Positions 54,579 to 63,465 of a stretch of DNA of 64,000 nt are shown here, piece by piece. Position 1 is the stretch's first letter. Each line of letters starts with the position of its first letter. The notes beneath the pieces were generated by a model. That model worked only from the letters and a program-made list of their open reading frames with translations. It was not told where the DNA came from and ran no database searches. The stretch spans positions 20,653-84,652 of the forward strand of contig SKKN01000014.1 of assembly GCA_007121455.1 (NCBI GenBank), in the 5' to 3' direction. The translations under genes and the position numbers were made by a program. Source of the DNA: Gemmatimonadota bacterium. Its GTDB lineage: Bacteria > Gemmatimonadota > Gemmatimonadetes > Longimicrobiales > Gaopeijiaceae.

Positions 54579-56120
54579 TCAACTCCCCGGGAGGACCCTC
54601 GGAAAGAGCGGTGGTCCCTGCTGCACGGTGCGGCCCCCCACCTCGAGGGTCGCGAGTTCCGCCAGGGTCGGCGGAGCCGCACCCGACCCGAGACGTTCGG
54701 AAAGCTCCCCCATCTTCGTAGGCATGGCGGGGAAGAGGAGCGCAGCGAGGATCGTCAGCGTATGGATGAGCGTCGCGAGCGTCTCATCGAGGTCGTCTGC
54801 TCGTGTCGGGTCCTTCGCCTGTGCCCACGGCTCCCGGTTCTCCACGTATCCGTTCGCCTCGCGGGCCAGTTCCATCGCTCCGCCGAGGGCTTCGTGGATC
54901 CGGAGCGACTCCATGGCGTCCTCGTATCGATGGACAGTCCGTGCCTCGACCTCGTGGAGCCCGTCCGCCCGAGCAGAAGGGACGATTCCCTCGCGATATC
55001 TCTCCACCATCGATATGACGCGGCTCGCCAGGTTTCCGAGGATGTTCGCCAACTCCTCGTACCGCGCGAGAAACCTCTCCGGTGTGTACGAAGCGTCATG
55101 ACCGGTCGGCATCTCCCGGACGAGGTACCAGCGGACCGCGTCTTTCCCGAACTCCTCCTCCAGTGCCAACGGGTCCACCACATTGCCGAGGGACTTGGAC
55201 ATCTTCGCCTCCCCGACGACCCACCAACCGTGAGCCAAAATTTTTTCCGGGAGGGGCAGGCCCACCCCCATCAAAAGGGTCGGCCAGTAGACGGCATGGG
55301 TGGTCAGAATGTCCTTGCCGATGATGTGGAGGCTCGCAGGCCACCACGATCCGGCAGGATCGGTGAACCCCTGCTCGTCCGGGTGCGCGTCGGGAGTGAT
55401 CGCTTCGGAGGCCGTGACGTAGTTGATGAGCGCATCCACCCAGACGTAGGTGACGTGATCCTGGTCGAAGGGCAGAGGGACACCCCACTTCAGCCGCGTC
55501 CTCGGCCGGGAAATCGAAAGGTCCGACAAAGGGTTCTGGAGAAAGCCCAACACCTCGTTTCGCCGCATCTCCGGGACGATCCAGTCCGGGTTCTCTTCGA
55601 TGTGGCGGATGAGGTCGGCCTGGAACCGGCTCATGCGGAAGAAGTAGTTCTTCTCCTCGATCTCCCGGACCGGCCGGCCACAGTCGGGGCAATTCTCCCC
55701 GTCGACGAGGTCCTTTTTCGTCCAGTACCGCTCTTCGTGTACGCAGTACCATCCGGTATAGAAATCCTCGTAGATGAGGCCCCGCTCGTGCAGGCGGGTG
55801 AGAAAGGACCGCACGATCGCGACGTGTTCCTGCTCGGTGGTGCGAATGAAGCGGTCGTAGGAGATGTCCATTCGATCCCAGGCTGCCCGAAACCGCTCGG
55901 CCATCTGGTCGCAGAGCTCGAGCGGCTCCATGTCGCGGCGGGCCGCTTCCTCCTGGATCTTCTGCCCGTGCTCATCCGTTCCGGTCAGGAATCGGACCTT
56001 CTCGCCGGCCTGCCGACGGTATCGTGCGATCGTGTCCGCCAGGAACGTCGTATAGGCGTGCCCGATGTGAGGCTCGCCGGTGGCATAGTAGATGGGCGTG
56101 GTGAGATAGTACCCCTTCAC
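54579..56120 (-). CDS. metG: Methionyl-tRNA synthetase (short form)
   Basis: The last 513 codons of track ORF 54579..56471, from GTG 56120 (GTGA overlap with the PSP1 gene stop). Motifs: YYLTTPIYYATGEPHIGHAYT (HIGH), a CPDCG zinc knuckle, and KMSKSLGN. Confidence 0.93.
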   Translation of the reverse strand: MKGYYLTTPIYYATGEPHIGHAYTTFLADTIARYRRQAGEKVRFLTGTDEHGQKIQEEAARRDMEPLELCDQMAERFRAAWDRMDISYDRFIRTTEQEHVAIVRSFLTRLHERGLIYEDFYTGWYCVHEERYWTKKDLVDGENCPDCGRPVREIEEKNYFFRMSRFQADLIRHIEENPDWIVPEMRRNEVLGFLQNPLSDLSISRPRTRLKWGVPLPFDQDHVTYVWVDALINYVTASEAITPDAHPDEQGFTDPAGSWWPASLHIIGKDILTTHAVYWPTLLMGVGLPLPEKILAHGWWVVGEAKMSKSLGNVVDPLALEEEFGKDAVRWYLVREMPTGHDASYTPERFLARYEELANILGNLASRVISMVERYREGIVPSARADGLHEVEARTVHRYEDAMESLRIHEALGGAMELAREANGYVENREPWAQAKDPTRADDLDETLATLIHTLTILAALLFPAMPTKMGELSERLGSGAAPPTLAELATLEVGGRTVQQGPPLFPRVLPGS

Positions 56121-56968
56121 GTCAGTGCTCCCGGCCGCCCGGTTGCGTCGCCGACTTCCCGCTTCAGCTCCTCGAGAGGAACGACACGCGCATCGCCCTC
56201 GGGGTTCTTCAGGGTTACATGATCCCCCCAGATGTCCACCTTGGCCACCCGCTCCTCGCCGCGGGATGTCTTGAGGATCTTCCCCTCCCGCGGGAAGCGT
56301 CTCCTGGCCTGCACGTAGGTCTCGTGCTCGTACATGAGGCAGCACATCAAGCGTCCGCAGCAGCCGGAGATCTGGGCGGGGTTCAGCGAAAGGTTCTGAT
56401 CCTTGGCGAGTTGGAGCGACACGGGCTTCAGCTCGGGGAGCCAGGTGGAACAGCAGAGCTCCCGCCCGCACCGTCCCACTCCTCCGAGAAGCGCCGCCTC
56501 GTCCCTTACGCCGATCTGGCGAAGCTCGATCCGGGTGCGGAAGGTGCGGGCGAGGTCCCGCACGAGTTCCCGGAAATCGACCCGCTTGTCTGCGGTGAAG
56601 TAGATCGTGAGCTTCTTACGGTCGAACTGCCATTCCGCTTCCGTGACCTTCATCTTCAGGCCGTGCTGGTCCACTTTCTCCCGGGCTTCCGCCCTGACGC
56701 GGTCTTCGTCCCGGCGAAGCGTCTCGAGGAGGGTCACCTCGTCCTCGTGCGCGACCCGCAGGATTCGCTTCTCTGGGGTTGGGGTGGAACATCCCCCGGA
56801 CCCCGAGCACTTACGTTCCGCGACGGTGCCGAGGGCCACCACCTCGCCGAGGTCCTCGCCGCGGTCGGCCTCCACGATCACGTGTTGGCCCGATTGAAGG
56901 TCGGTTCCCGTCCAGGTGAAGTAGTCCTTGCGTGTACCCTTGAATCCGATCTCGGCAAATGTCGTCAC
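56117..56968 (-). CDS. PSP1 domain protein (RicT/YaaT-like)
   Basis: Track ORF 56117..57019, trimmed to GTG 56968 (GTGA overlap with the accA stop). PSP1 pattern: KLTIYFTADKRVDFRELVRDLARTFRTRIELRQIG, plus the Cys cluster GRCGRELCCSTWL...GCCGRLMCCL. Confidence 0.85.
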   Translation of the reverse strand: MTTFAEIGFKGTRKDYFTWTGTDLQSGQHVIVEADRGEDLGEVVALGTVAERKCSGSGGCSTPTPEKRILRVAHEDEVTLLETLRRDEDRVRAEAREKVDQHGLKMKVTEAEWQFDRKKLTIYFTADKRVDFRELVRDLARTFRTRIELRQIGVRDEAALLGGVGRCGRELCCSTWLPELKPVSLQLAKDQNLSLNPAQISGCCGRLMCCLMYEHETYVQARRRFPREGKILKTSRGEERVAKVDIWGDHVTLKNPEGDARVVPLEELKREVGDATGRPGALT

Positions 56969-57939
56969 TCGTCCCCCTCGTCCTCCTTCCACGCTCCAAT
57001 CCGCTCGAACTTTCGCCAACGTGCATCGAGGAGAGCCTCGGGAGACAGGGCCTCGAGCGACTCCAGGTTCTGGAGTAAGGCACTCCGGAGGTGTTCGCCC
57101 GCCGCATCCCAGTCGGAGTGTGCGCCTCCCGGTGGCTCCGGCACGATCTCGTCCGCCACCTCGAGGGCATGGAGGTCGTCGGACGTGAGCTTCAGCGCGT
57201 GCGCGGCTTTGTCACGGTGCTCCGCAGAGCGCCAGAGGATGGCGGCACAGCCTTCCGGGGAGATGACGGAGTAGATCGCATGCTCGAGCATGAGGATCTG
57301 GTCCGTTACACCCAGGGCGAGCGCCCCTCCAGATCCCCCTTCGCCGATCACCACCGAGATGAGCGGAGTCCGGAGTCGTGCCATCTCACGGAGGTTCATG
57401 GCGATCGCTTCGGCCTGTCCCCGCTCCTCGGCGCCGATCCCGGGATAGGCGCCCGGCGTGTCGATCAGGGTGATCACCGGCCTTCCGAACTTCTCGGCGA
57501 GCCGCATGAGTCGGAGCGCCTTCCGATATCCTTCGGGGTGGGGCATCCCGAAGTTCCTCCGGAGGTTCTCCTTCATGTCGCGTCCCTTCTGGTGGCCGAT
57601 CAACATGACCGAATGCCCGCCGATGCGTGCCCATCCTCCCACGATGGCCGCGTCGTCCCGGTAGGCCCGGTCTCCATGGAGTTCGATCCAGTCGGTCGCG
57701 ATGCGCTGAATGTAGTCCAGAGTGTAGGGGCGCCGCGGATGCCGCGCGACCTGGACCTGCTCGATCGGCGAGAGGTTCCGGTAGGTGTCCTCTCTCATGG
57801 CACCAAGCCGCCTGCGCAGCTCGGCGAGTTCCCGGGAGACATCGATCTCCTTCTTCTCCGCCATCTCGAGGAGCTTGTCGATCTCCTCCTGGAGTTCCAC
57901 CATGTCCCGTTCGAATTCCAGGTGCGGTGGCGCTGCCAC
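56965..57939 (-). CDS. accA: Acetyl-CoA carboxylase carboxyltransferase subunit alpha
   Basis: 324 aa with RHPRRPYTLDYI, GHQKGRD, TLIDTPGAYPGIGAEERGQ and GEGGSGGALAL. Confidence 0.95.
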   Translation of the reverse strand: MAAPPHLEFERDMVELQEEIDKLLEMAEKKEIDVSRELAELRRRLGAMREDTYRNLSPIEQVQVARHPRRPYTLDYIQRIATDWIELHGDRAYRDDAAIVGGWARIGGHSVMLIGHQKGRDMKENLRRNFGMPHPEGYRKALRLMRLAEKFGRPVITLIDTPGAYPGIGAEERGQAEAIAMNLREMARLRTPLISVVIGEGGSGGALALGVTDQILMLEHAIYSVISPEGCAAILWRSAEHRDKAAHALKLTSDDLHALEVADEIVPEPPGGAHSDWDAAGEHLRSALLQNLESLEALSPEALLDARWRKFERIGAWKEDEGDE

Positions 57940-58064
57940 GAAGATCCTCCTGCCATGTCATGAAAACCGATCGAGGAAGGGGTTCACCCTCACTCGGGCC
58001 CGGTCGTACCGGTCCGAAGACGGTGTAATTGTAACGGGCCCACGGGTCGGGAGAGAAGAGAGAG

Positions 58065-58081
58065 CGCGACCCGCAGTCGCG
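58065..58081 (-). terminator. Short hairpin directly after the LOG gene stop (weak terminator candidate)
   Basis: The minus strand reads CGCGAC-TGCGG-GTCGCG followed by the pyrimidine tract CTCTCTCTTCTCTCC. It starts 1 nt after the stop codon. Confidence 0.3.
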
Positions 58082-58082
58082 G

Positions 58083-58664
58083 TCAGGTCTCCTCGGGGTC
58101 GATCCACCGGGGGAGGTCCGGGGGGTCGTGATCCCGGAGCTTAGCGAGGAGTTCCGCCGGCTCCGATGCCACATGAACGAGATCGCGGTGTGCCTGCAAG
58201 AGGAAGCCCTCGGTCACCGCGTGATCCAGGTGAGCGATCAGGGACCGGAAGTAACCGCGGGCATTCAGGATGCCGCACGGCTTCCGGTGCAGCCCGAGCT
58301 GCGCCCAGGTCAGCACCTCGAAAAGCTCTTCCAGCGTTCCGAGGCCGCCCGGAAGTCCGACGAACCCCTCTGCGAGCTCCATCATGCGCGACTTCCGCGC
58401 GTGCATCGATTCCACGATGAAAAGCTCGGTGAGCCCCTGATGCGCGACTTCGCGGTTCACGAGCGGCTCCGGGATCACTCCGATGACCTCGCCGCCGCCG
58501 GCGATCATCGTGTCGGCCAGCCGACCCATGAGGCCCATCCGGGAACCTCCGTAGACGAGCCCGAATCCGAGCCGGACCAGCTCTTCCCCGAAGCGGGTGG
58601 CAGTCTCGAGGTGGCGGGGGTCTTCACCGGAGCTCGAGCCACAGAAGACACAGATCCTCTTCAT
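58083..58664 (-). CDS. LOG family (TIGR00730-type) nucleotide phosphoribohydrolase
   Basis: 193 aa with ICVFCGSS, LVYGGSRMGLMG and PGGLGTLEELFE. There is an ATGA overlap with the MFS gene stop. Confidence 0.85.
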   Translation of the reverse strand: MKRICVFCGSSSGEDPRHLETATRFGEELVRLGFGLVYGGSRMGLMGRLADTMIAGGGEVIGVIPEPLVNREVAHQGLTELFIVESMHARKSRMMELAEGFVGLPGGLGTLEELFEVLTWAQLGLHRKPCGILNARGYFRSLIAHLDHAVTEGFLLQAHRDLVHVASEPAELLAKLRDHDPPDLPRWIDPEET

Positions 58665-60001
58665 GGGGCGTTCTCCGGTCCATGTTCCCCCGGCTCCTCG
58701 GAATGCGATGGGTTCAGCGTCGCACCGAAGCTCGGAGCATCCGCACCCGCAGAGAGCCCGGAGCCATGGCCCGTTTCTCCGTGCGGCTCCGGTACCAGGA
58801 ACCAGACGATGAGTCCCATGGCCAGGACCGAAAATGCTCCGAGAACCGTGGTGCTCCCGTATCCGGCCGAGGCGTAGAGGGGCCCGGCTACCGCCCCTCC
58901 GAGCGCGAATCCCACCTGCCCGAGCGCCACGGTGAGGCTCATGAGCGAGCCGCGGCTTTCATCTGTGACGAGGCCCGTGAGCAGCGCGGAGAAGGGGCTC
59001 ACGCGCATCGCAACCAGGCCCATGACCAGGAAGAAGAAAGGATATGCGATCCACATTTCCGTGACCAGCGGCGTCGTGGCGAGCATCGTGAAGAAGAGAC
59101 CGGTGCAGGAGAGGAGAATGAGCCCTTTTCTCCCAATCCGGTCGGAGAGCCGTCCCGCCTGAGGGCCGACGAGCACGTTCGCGACCCCTCCGACGAGGAA
59201 AAGCATGGCGATCTGGGTGCTCGTGGCACCGAGGTCCCCCTCCAGCCAGGTGGGGAGGTATACGATGTAGAAGGAGACACCGAGAAACATCAGGAAGAAC
59301 GCGGCCGCGGCCGCTGAAACCTCGGGGCGGCGGAGCATGGAGCCGTAGCTGCGCAGCGCGCCCCCCACCGTGAGCCGCCCGCTCGCGCGGGCGACCTGGG
59401 GCTGAGGCACCCCGAACCAGACGAGGAGGAAGGCGAAGATCATCGTCGCGGCGAAGAGGTAGAACGGGCTCCGGAACCCGAAGGCTCCCGCGATGACCAC
59501 TCCGACGGGGATGCCCACGATCTGACCGACTGCCGCACCGCTCATGATCCACCCGGTGGCCCATCCGCGTCGGTGGTAGGGGAAGTAGTCCCCGACGTAG
59601 GAGACTGCGGATCCGCTGAGGATTCCTCCTGCGACGCCGGTGAACACCCGGACGGCCAGAAACGACCCATATCCATCCACGAACCCGTGAAGGAGGAGCC
59701 CGAGCGTCATGATCCCCGATCCGAAGAGCAGAATCGTTCGGCGGCCCACGCGATCGGAGATCGGTCCGGAGATCACCGCAAAAACCCCGACCATCAGCGA
59801 ATACGCCGAGACGAGCGTCCCGAGGAGCGACTCCTGAATGCCGAGCTCGTGGCCGATGATCGGGAGGATCGGGGCAATGATCATGATCTGGCTGCTCGCC
59901 GAGAAGACGAGGAGCCAGAGCGCGAAGATGACCAGGAGGGGGCGCTCCGGGCCGTTTGCGCGGCCGTCTGCCCCCCGGAGAAGAACGGAGATCGGAGTCA
60001 G
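58661..60001 (-). CDS. MFS transporter. The start is probably upstream of the track ATG (59884), possibly a CTG at 60001.
   Basis: The track ORF (407 aa) begins MIIAPILPIIGHELGI, which is after TM1. The same frame stays open upstream and encodes PLLVIFALWLLVFSASSQI, a TM1-like span, with no ATG, GTG or TTG. A CTG at 60001 forms a CTGA overlap with the SDR stop. Confidence 0.7.
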   Translation of the reverse strand: MTPISVLLRGADGRANGPERPLLVIFALWLLVFSASSQIMIIAPILPIIGHELGIQESLLGTLVSAYSLMVGVFAVISGPISDRVGRRTILLFGSGIMTLGLLLHGFVDGYGSFLAVRVFTGVAGGILSGSAVSYVGDYFPYHRRGWATGWIMSGAAVGQIVGIPVGVVIAGAFGFRSPFYLFAATMIFAFLLVWFGVPQPQVARASGRLTVGGALRSYGSMLRRPEVSAAAAAFFLMFLGVSFYIVYLPTWLEGDLGATSTQIAMLFLVGGVANVLVGPQAGRLSDRIGRKGLILLSCTGLFFTMLATTPLVTEMWIAYPFFFLVMGLVAMRVSPFSALLTGLVTDESRGSLMSLTVALGQVGFALGGAVAGPLYASAGYGSTTVLGAFSVLAMGLIVWFLVPEPHGETGHGSGLSAGADAPSFGATLNPSHSEEPGEHGPENAP

Positions 60002-60774
60002 GATTCTTCTCGGTGATGCACGTAGGGGTTCCGTTGATCCGTGGGCAGGATGAGCATCTGGAGGACGTTCACGTGCTCGGGAGCGTTCACCACGTAGCAG
60101 ACCGCGTCGGCGACGTCGTCCGGACTCAGGGGCTCGTATCCCTCGTAGACCTTCGCGGATCGTTCCTCGTCGCCCCGGAAGCGCACGAGTGAGAACTCGC
60201 TTTCGACGGCCCCGGGGTCGATGCTCGACACCCGAATCCGGGTGCCCTTCAGGTCCACACTGATCGCCTGGGTGAGCGCGCGGACCGCGAATTTCGTCGC
60301 GTTGTAGACGCTTCCGCCGGGGTAGACCATGTGGCCGGCGACGCTCCCGAGGTTCACCACATGGCCGCGGTTCCGCGCCACCATGTGGGGAAGGAACGAA
60401 CGGCTGAAGTACAGGACGCCCTTCACGTTCGTGTCGATGACTTCGTCGAAGGTATCCGGATCTGCCTCGTGGAACCGGTCGAGACCCCGGACGAGGCCTG
60501 CGTTGTTCACGAGCACGTCCGGGATCCGGCTCTCGGAGGCCAGCTCGTCTACAAGTGCCTCAACGGCAGGGCGGTCGCGCACGTCGAGAGTGTGGATGTG
60601 GATCTCCCCGCCCGCTCGCTCTTCGAGGTCGCGCCTCAAGGTGTGCAGCCGTTCCTCTCTCCGGGCAACGAGCTCCAGGTGAGCCCCCCGCTCGTGAAAC
60701 GCGCGGGCACAGGCGGCGCCGATGCCCGCGCTCGCTCCCGTGATGAGGACACGCTTTCCTTCGATCCTGTTCAT
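59998..60774 (-). CDS. Short-chain dehydrogenase/reductase (NADP-dependent, YdfG-like)
   Basis: 258 aa with the cofactor motif ITGASAGIG, NNAG, and the catalytic YNATK. Confidence 0.85.
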   Translation of the reverse strand: MNRIEGKRVLITGASAGIGAACARAFHERGAHLELVARREERLHTLRRDLEERAGGEIHIHTLDVRDRPAVEALVDELASESRIPDVLVNNAGLVRGLDRFHEADPDTFDEVIDTNVKGVLYFSRSFLPHMVARNRGHVVNLGSVAGHMVYPGGSVYNATKFAVRALTQAISVDLKGTRIRVSSIDPGAVESEFSLVRFRGDEERSAKVYEGYEPLSPDDVADAVCYVVNAPEHVNVLQMLILPTDQRNPYVHHREES

Positions 60775-60921
60775 TTCTTCTCCCGTGCACGGATCGTCTT
60801 GAACCCCCCAATGTTCCGGACGGGTCCGGTTCCCACAAGAACGCGGAGTGGACTGGTGCCATCACGGTCAGGGAGGGCGTGCGTAGTCCGTGCGGCCGGG
60901 CACCTTCGAGCTTGGCTGAAG

Positions 60922-60927
60922 TATAAT
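60922..60927 (+). promoter_or_regulatory. Perfect TATAAT hexamer in the divergent intergenic region upstream of the outer-membrane protein gene (-10 candidate)
   Basis: TATAAT sits in a locally AT-rich patch (GAAGTATAATTATTCC) of an otherwise GC-rich 263-nt spacer, about 110 nt before the GTG at 61038. There is no good -35. Confidence 0.25.
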
Positions 60928-61037
60928 TATTCCTCAACGTAACCCGGCCTCGGCGTGTCCGGGTTCGTAGGGCCATCCGCTGCGGGTGCAGGGATGCGCG
61001 ACGACAATCCGAAGCATTCCAACCGGAGTGGGAGCGA

Positions 61038-63398
61038 GTGAGTGGATCGAGGGGGACCGGGGGCGGAACCAGGGCTACCGGTGGGCGGGTGCTTCTTCTG
61101 AGAGGCGCGGTGATTGCCCTCGCGGGGTGGATGGCGCTCCCCGCACTGGGCCCGCTCGCTCCGCATGGAGCCGAGGTAGGGATGGTCGGGGCGGTGTACG
61201 CGCAGTCGGCGGAGGGCCCTCCCGACGGGGACGGTCTCCCGATGATCCGAGCCCACCGGGTCGAGCGGGCGGACGGGCCTCTGCGGATCGATGGGCACCT
61301 GAACGAGCCCGCGTGGGAGCGGGCGACCCCGATCACGGATTTCCGCCAGCAGGATCCGGTCGAGGGAGGTGATCCCAGCGAACCCACGGAGGTGTACGTC
61401 CTCTACGACGACGACAATCTCTACATCGGGGCGATCCTCTACGACTCCGAGCCCCGCGGAATCCTCGCACACCAGCGGCAGAGAAACGCCGGACTTGGAA
61501 CCGATGATCGGTTCATGTGGATTCTCGACACCTTCCGGGAAGGCCGAAGCGGGTACTTCTTCGAGATCAACCCGGCCGGGCTCATGGGAGATGGGTTGAT
61601 CACCGGAGGGGGCGGCTTCGGCATCAACAAGTCGTGGGATGGGATCTGGGAAGTCCGGACCCAGATCACGGATTTCGGATGGACCGCAGAGATCCGTATC
61701 CCCTTCAGCACGTTGAACTTCGATCCCACCCTCGATGCCTGGGGCATAAACTTCCAGCGCACGATCCGACGCAGGAGTGAGGAGATCGTCTGGAGCGGTT
61801 GGCGCCGGAACCAGAACCTCACCCGAACGACCCATGCGGGTCATCTCATCGGCCTCGAGGGGATCTCCCAGGGCGTGGGGCTCGAAGTGAAGCCGTACGC
61901 TTCGGGGAACTGGAGCAATTCACCTGCGCTGGATGATTCGCGCGACCTGCGCTCCAAGATTGGGGGCGACCTCCAGTACAACATCACTCCGAGCCTCCGA
62001 GCCGCCGCTACGGTGAACACCGACTTCGCCGAGGTCGAGGTCGACGACCGGATCGTGAATCTGAGTCGCTTTCCGGTGTCGTTTCCCGAGCGACGGGCGT
62101 TTTTCCTGGAGAACGCGGGCGTCTTCAACTTCGCTCCGCGCCAGGGAGTGAACCCATTCTTCAGTCGCCGGATCGGGTTGGTGGACGGGGAGGAGATGCC
62201 GATCCATTTCGGCACGCGGCTCGGGGGCCAGGCGGGTCGCTACGAGATGGGGCTCTTTCAGGTCCGAACCGGGAGTGGGGAGACGGTGGTTCTCGACGGC
62301 ACTCCGCATTCTGCGCCCGCCGAGGATTTCACCGCGGGCCGCATCAAAAGAAATCTCTTCGATGAATCCCACATCGGGGCGATCTATACGAGGCGGGGCA
62401 CCCACGACGGTGGGAACGGGGCGGCACCTCCGATCCGGCATACGGTGGGGCTCGATTTCGATTTCTTCACCTCCAGCTTCATGGGGGAGTACAACCTCCA
62501 GTTCGAGGGTTTCTTCGCGTGGCATTCGGACCCGGTGCTCGGCGGTGCCACCGGCTTCTCCCAGCGCCGCGCGAGGGGAGTGCGCTTCAACTTTCCGAAC
62601 GACGTATGGCAGCTCCACGCTTCACTGCGGGACTTTGGGGACGCGTTCGATCCGGCGGTCGGGTTCCAGAACCGCAACGCCTTCCGTCGCTTCCAGCCGA
62701 CGCTGGGTTACCAGCCGCGACCCGAGAGTGTGGAGTGGCTCCGGCAGCTCGAGTGGCAGGTCGCGTTCGAGTACCTGACTTCTCTGGATGGGCAGCTTCT
62801 GACCCGAGAGACCGAGTTCACGTTCCTCGGGTTGAACTTCGAGAGTGGGGACCGGGTCAGCGTCGATGCCACCCGCTTGTTCGAGCGGCTTCGGGGTCCG
62901 TTCAACATCCGGGACGAGATCGTGATCCCCATGGATGGATACAATACGACGGAGTGGGAGCTTTCCCTCCGGACCGCGGGGCGCCGACCCCTCTCCACGA
63001 ACCTCACTCTCTCGCACGGCGGATTCTGGTCCGGCGACCGGAGTCGGTTCGACGGGAGAGTCACCGCCCGGCCCCTTCCCGGTGTGAGCCTCAGGACCGA
63101 ATATCAGCGCAATGAAGTGCGTTTGCCCGAGGGGGAATTCGACACGAACCTGGTTCGGGTGGGGGCGGATTGGGACATGAGCCCCCTTCAGTCGTTCACG
63201 ACGTCGGTCCAGTACGATGACGTGAGCGATGTGGTGGGCGTCTTCAGTCGGGCGCGGTGGATCGTCCGGCCGGGCAACGACATCTTCCTCGTCTACAACC
63301 ACAACTGGCGAAACGAGACGGACCGGCTGTTCGATCGGCATTTTCAGACCGTCTCGCAGGGAGCGGCCGTCAAGGTGAACTACACCTACCGGTTCTGA
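61038..63398 (+). CDS. Outer-membrane protein with an N-terminal CBM9-like domain and a DUF5916-type beta-barrel
   Basis: 786 aa; the start is uncertain. CBM9-like pattern: IDGHLNEPAWERATPITDFRQQDPVEGG...VYVLYDDDNLYIGAILYD. It has long beta-strand-rich alternating sequence and a C-terminal YTYRF typical of outer-membrane beta-barrels. Confidence 0.6.
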   Translation: MSGSRGTGGGTRATGGRVLLLRGAVIALAGWMALPALGPLAPHGAEVGMVGAVYAQSAEGPPDGDGLPMIRAHRVERADGPLRIDGHLNEPAWERATPITDFRQQDPVEGGDPSEPTEVYVLYDDDNLYIGAILYDSEPRGILAHQRQRNAGLGTDDRFMWILDTFREGRSGYFFEINPAGLMGDGLITGGGGFGINKSWDGIWEVRTQITDFGWTAEIRIPFSTLNFDPTLDAWGINFQRTIRRRSEEIVWSGWRRNQNLTRTTHAGHLIGLEGISQGVGLEVKPYASGNWSNSPALDDSRDLRSKIGGDLQYNITPSLRAAATVNTDFAEVEVDDRIVNLSRFPVSFPERRAFFLENAGVFNFAPRQGVNPFFSRRIGLVDGEEMPIHFGTRLGGQAGRYEMGLFQVRTGSGETVVLDGTPHSAPAEDFTAGRIKRNLFDESHIGAIYTRRGTHDGGNGAAPPIRHTVGLDFDFFTSSFMGEYNLQFEGFFAWHSDPVLGGATGFSQRRARGVRFNFPNDVWQLHASLRDFGDAFDPAVGFQNRNAFRRFQPTLGYQPRPESVEWLRQLEWQVAFEYLTSLDGQLLTRETEFTFLGLNFESGDRVSVDATRLFERLRGPFNIRDEIVIPMDGYNTTEWELSLRTAGRRPLSTNLTLSHGGFWSGDRSRFDGRVTARPLPGVSLRTEYQRNEVRLPEGEFDTNLVRVGADWDMSPLQSFTTSVQYDDVSDVVGVFSRARWIVRPGNDIFLVYNHNWRNETDRLFDRHFQTVSQGAAVKVNYTYRF

Positions 63399-63465
63399 AC
63401 GCGCGTCGGAGACGCAGCCCTCATACCTGATCACCTGATCTCACGCGGATCGAAGAGGACGGCAG

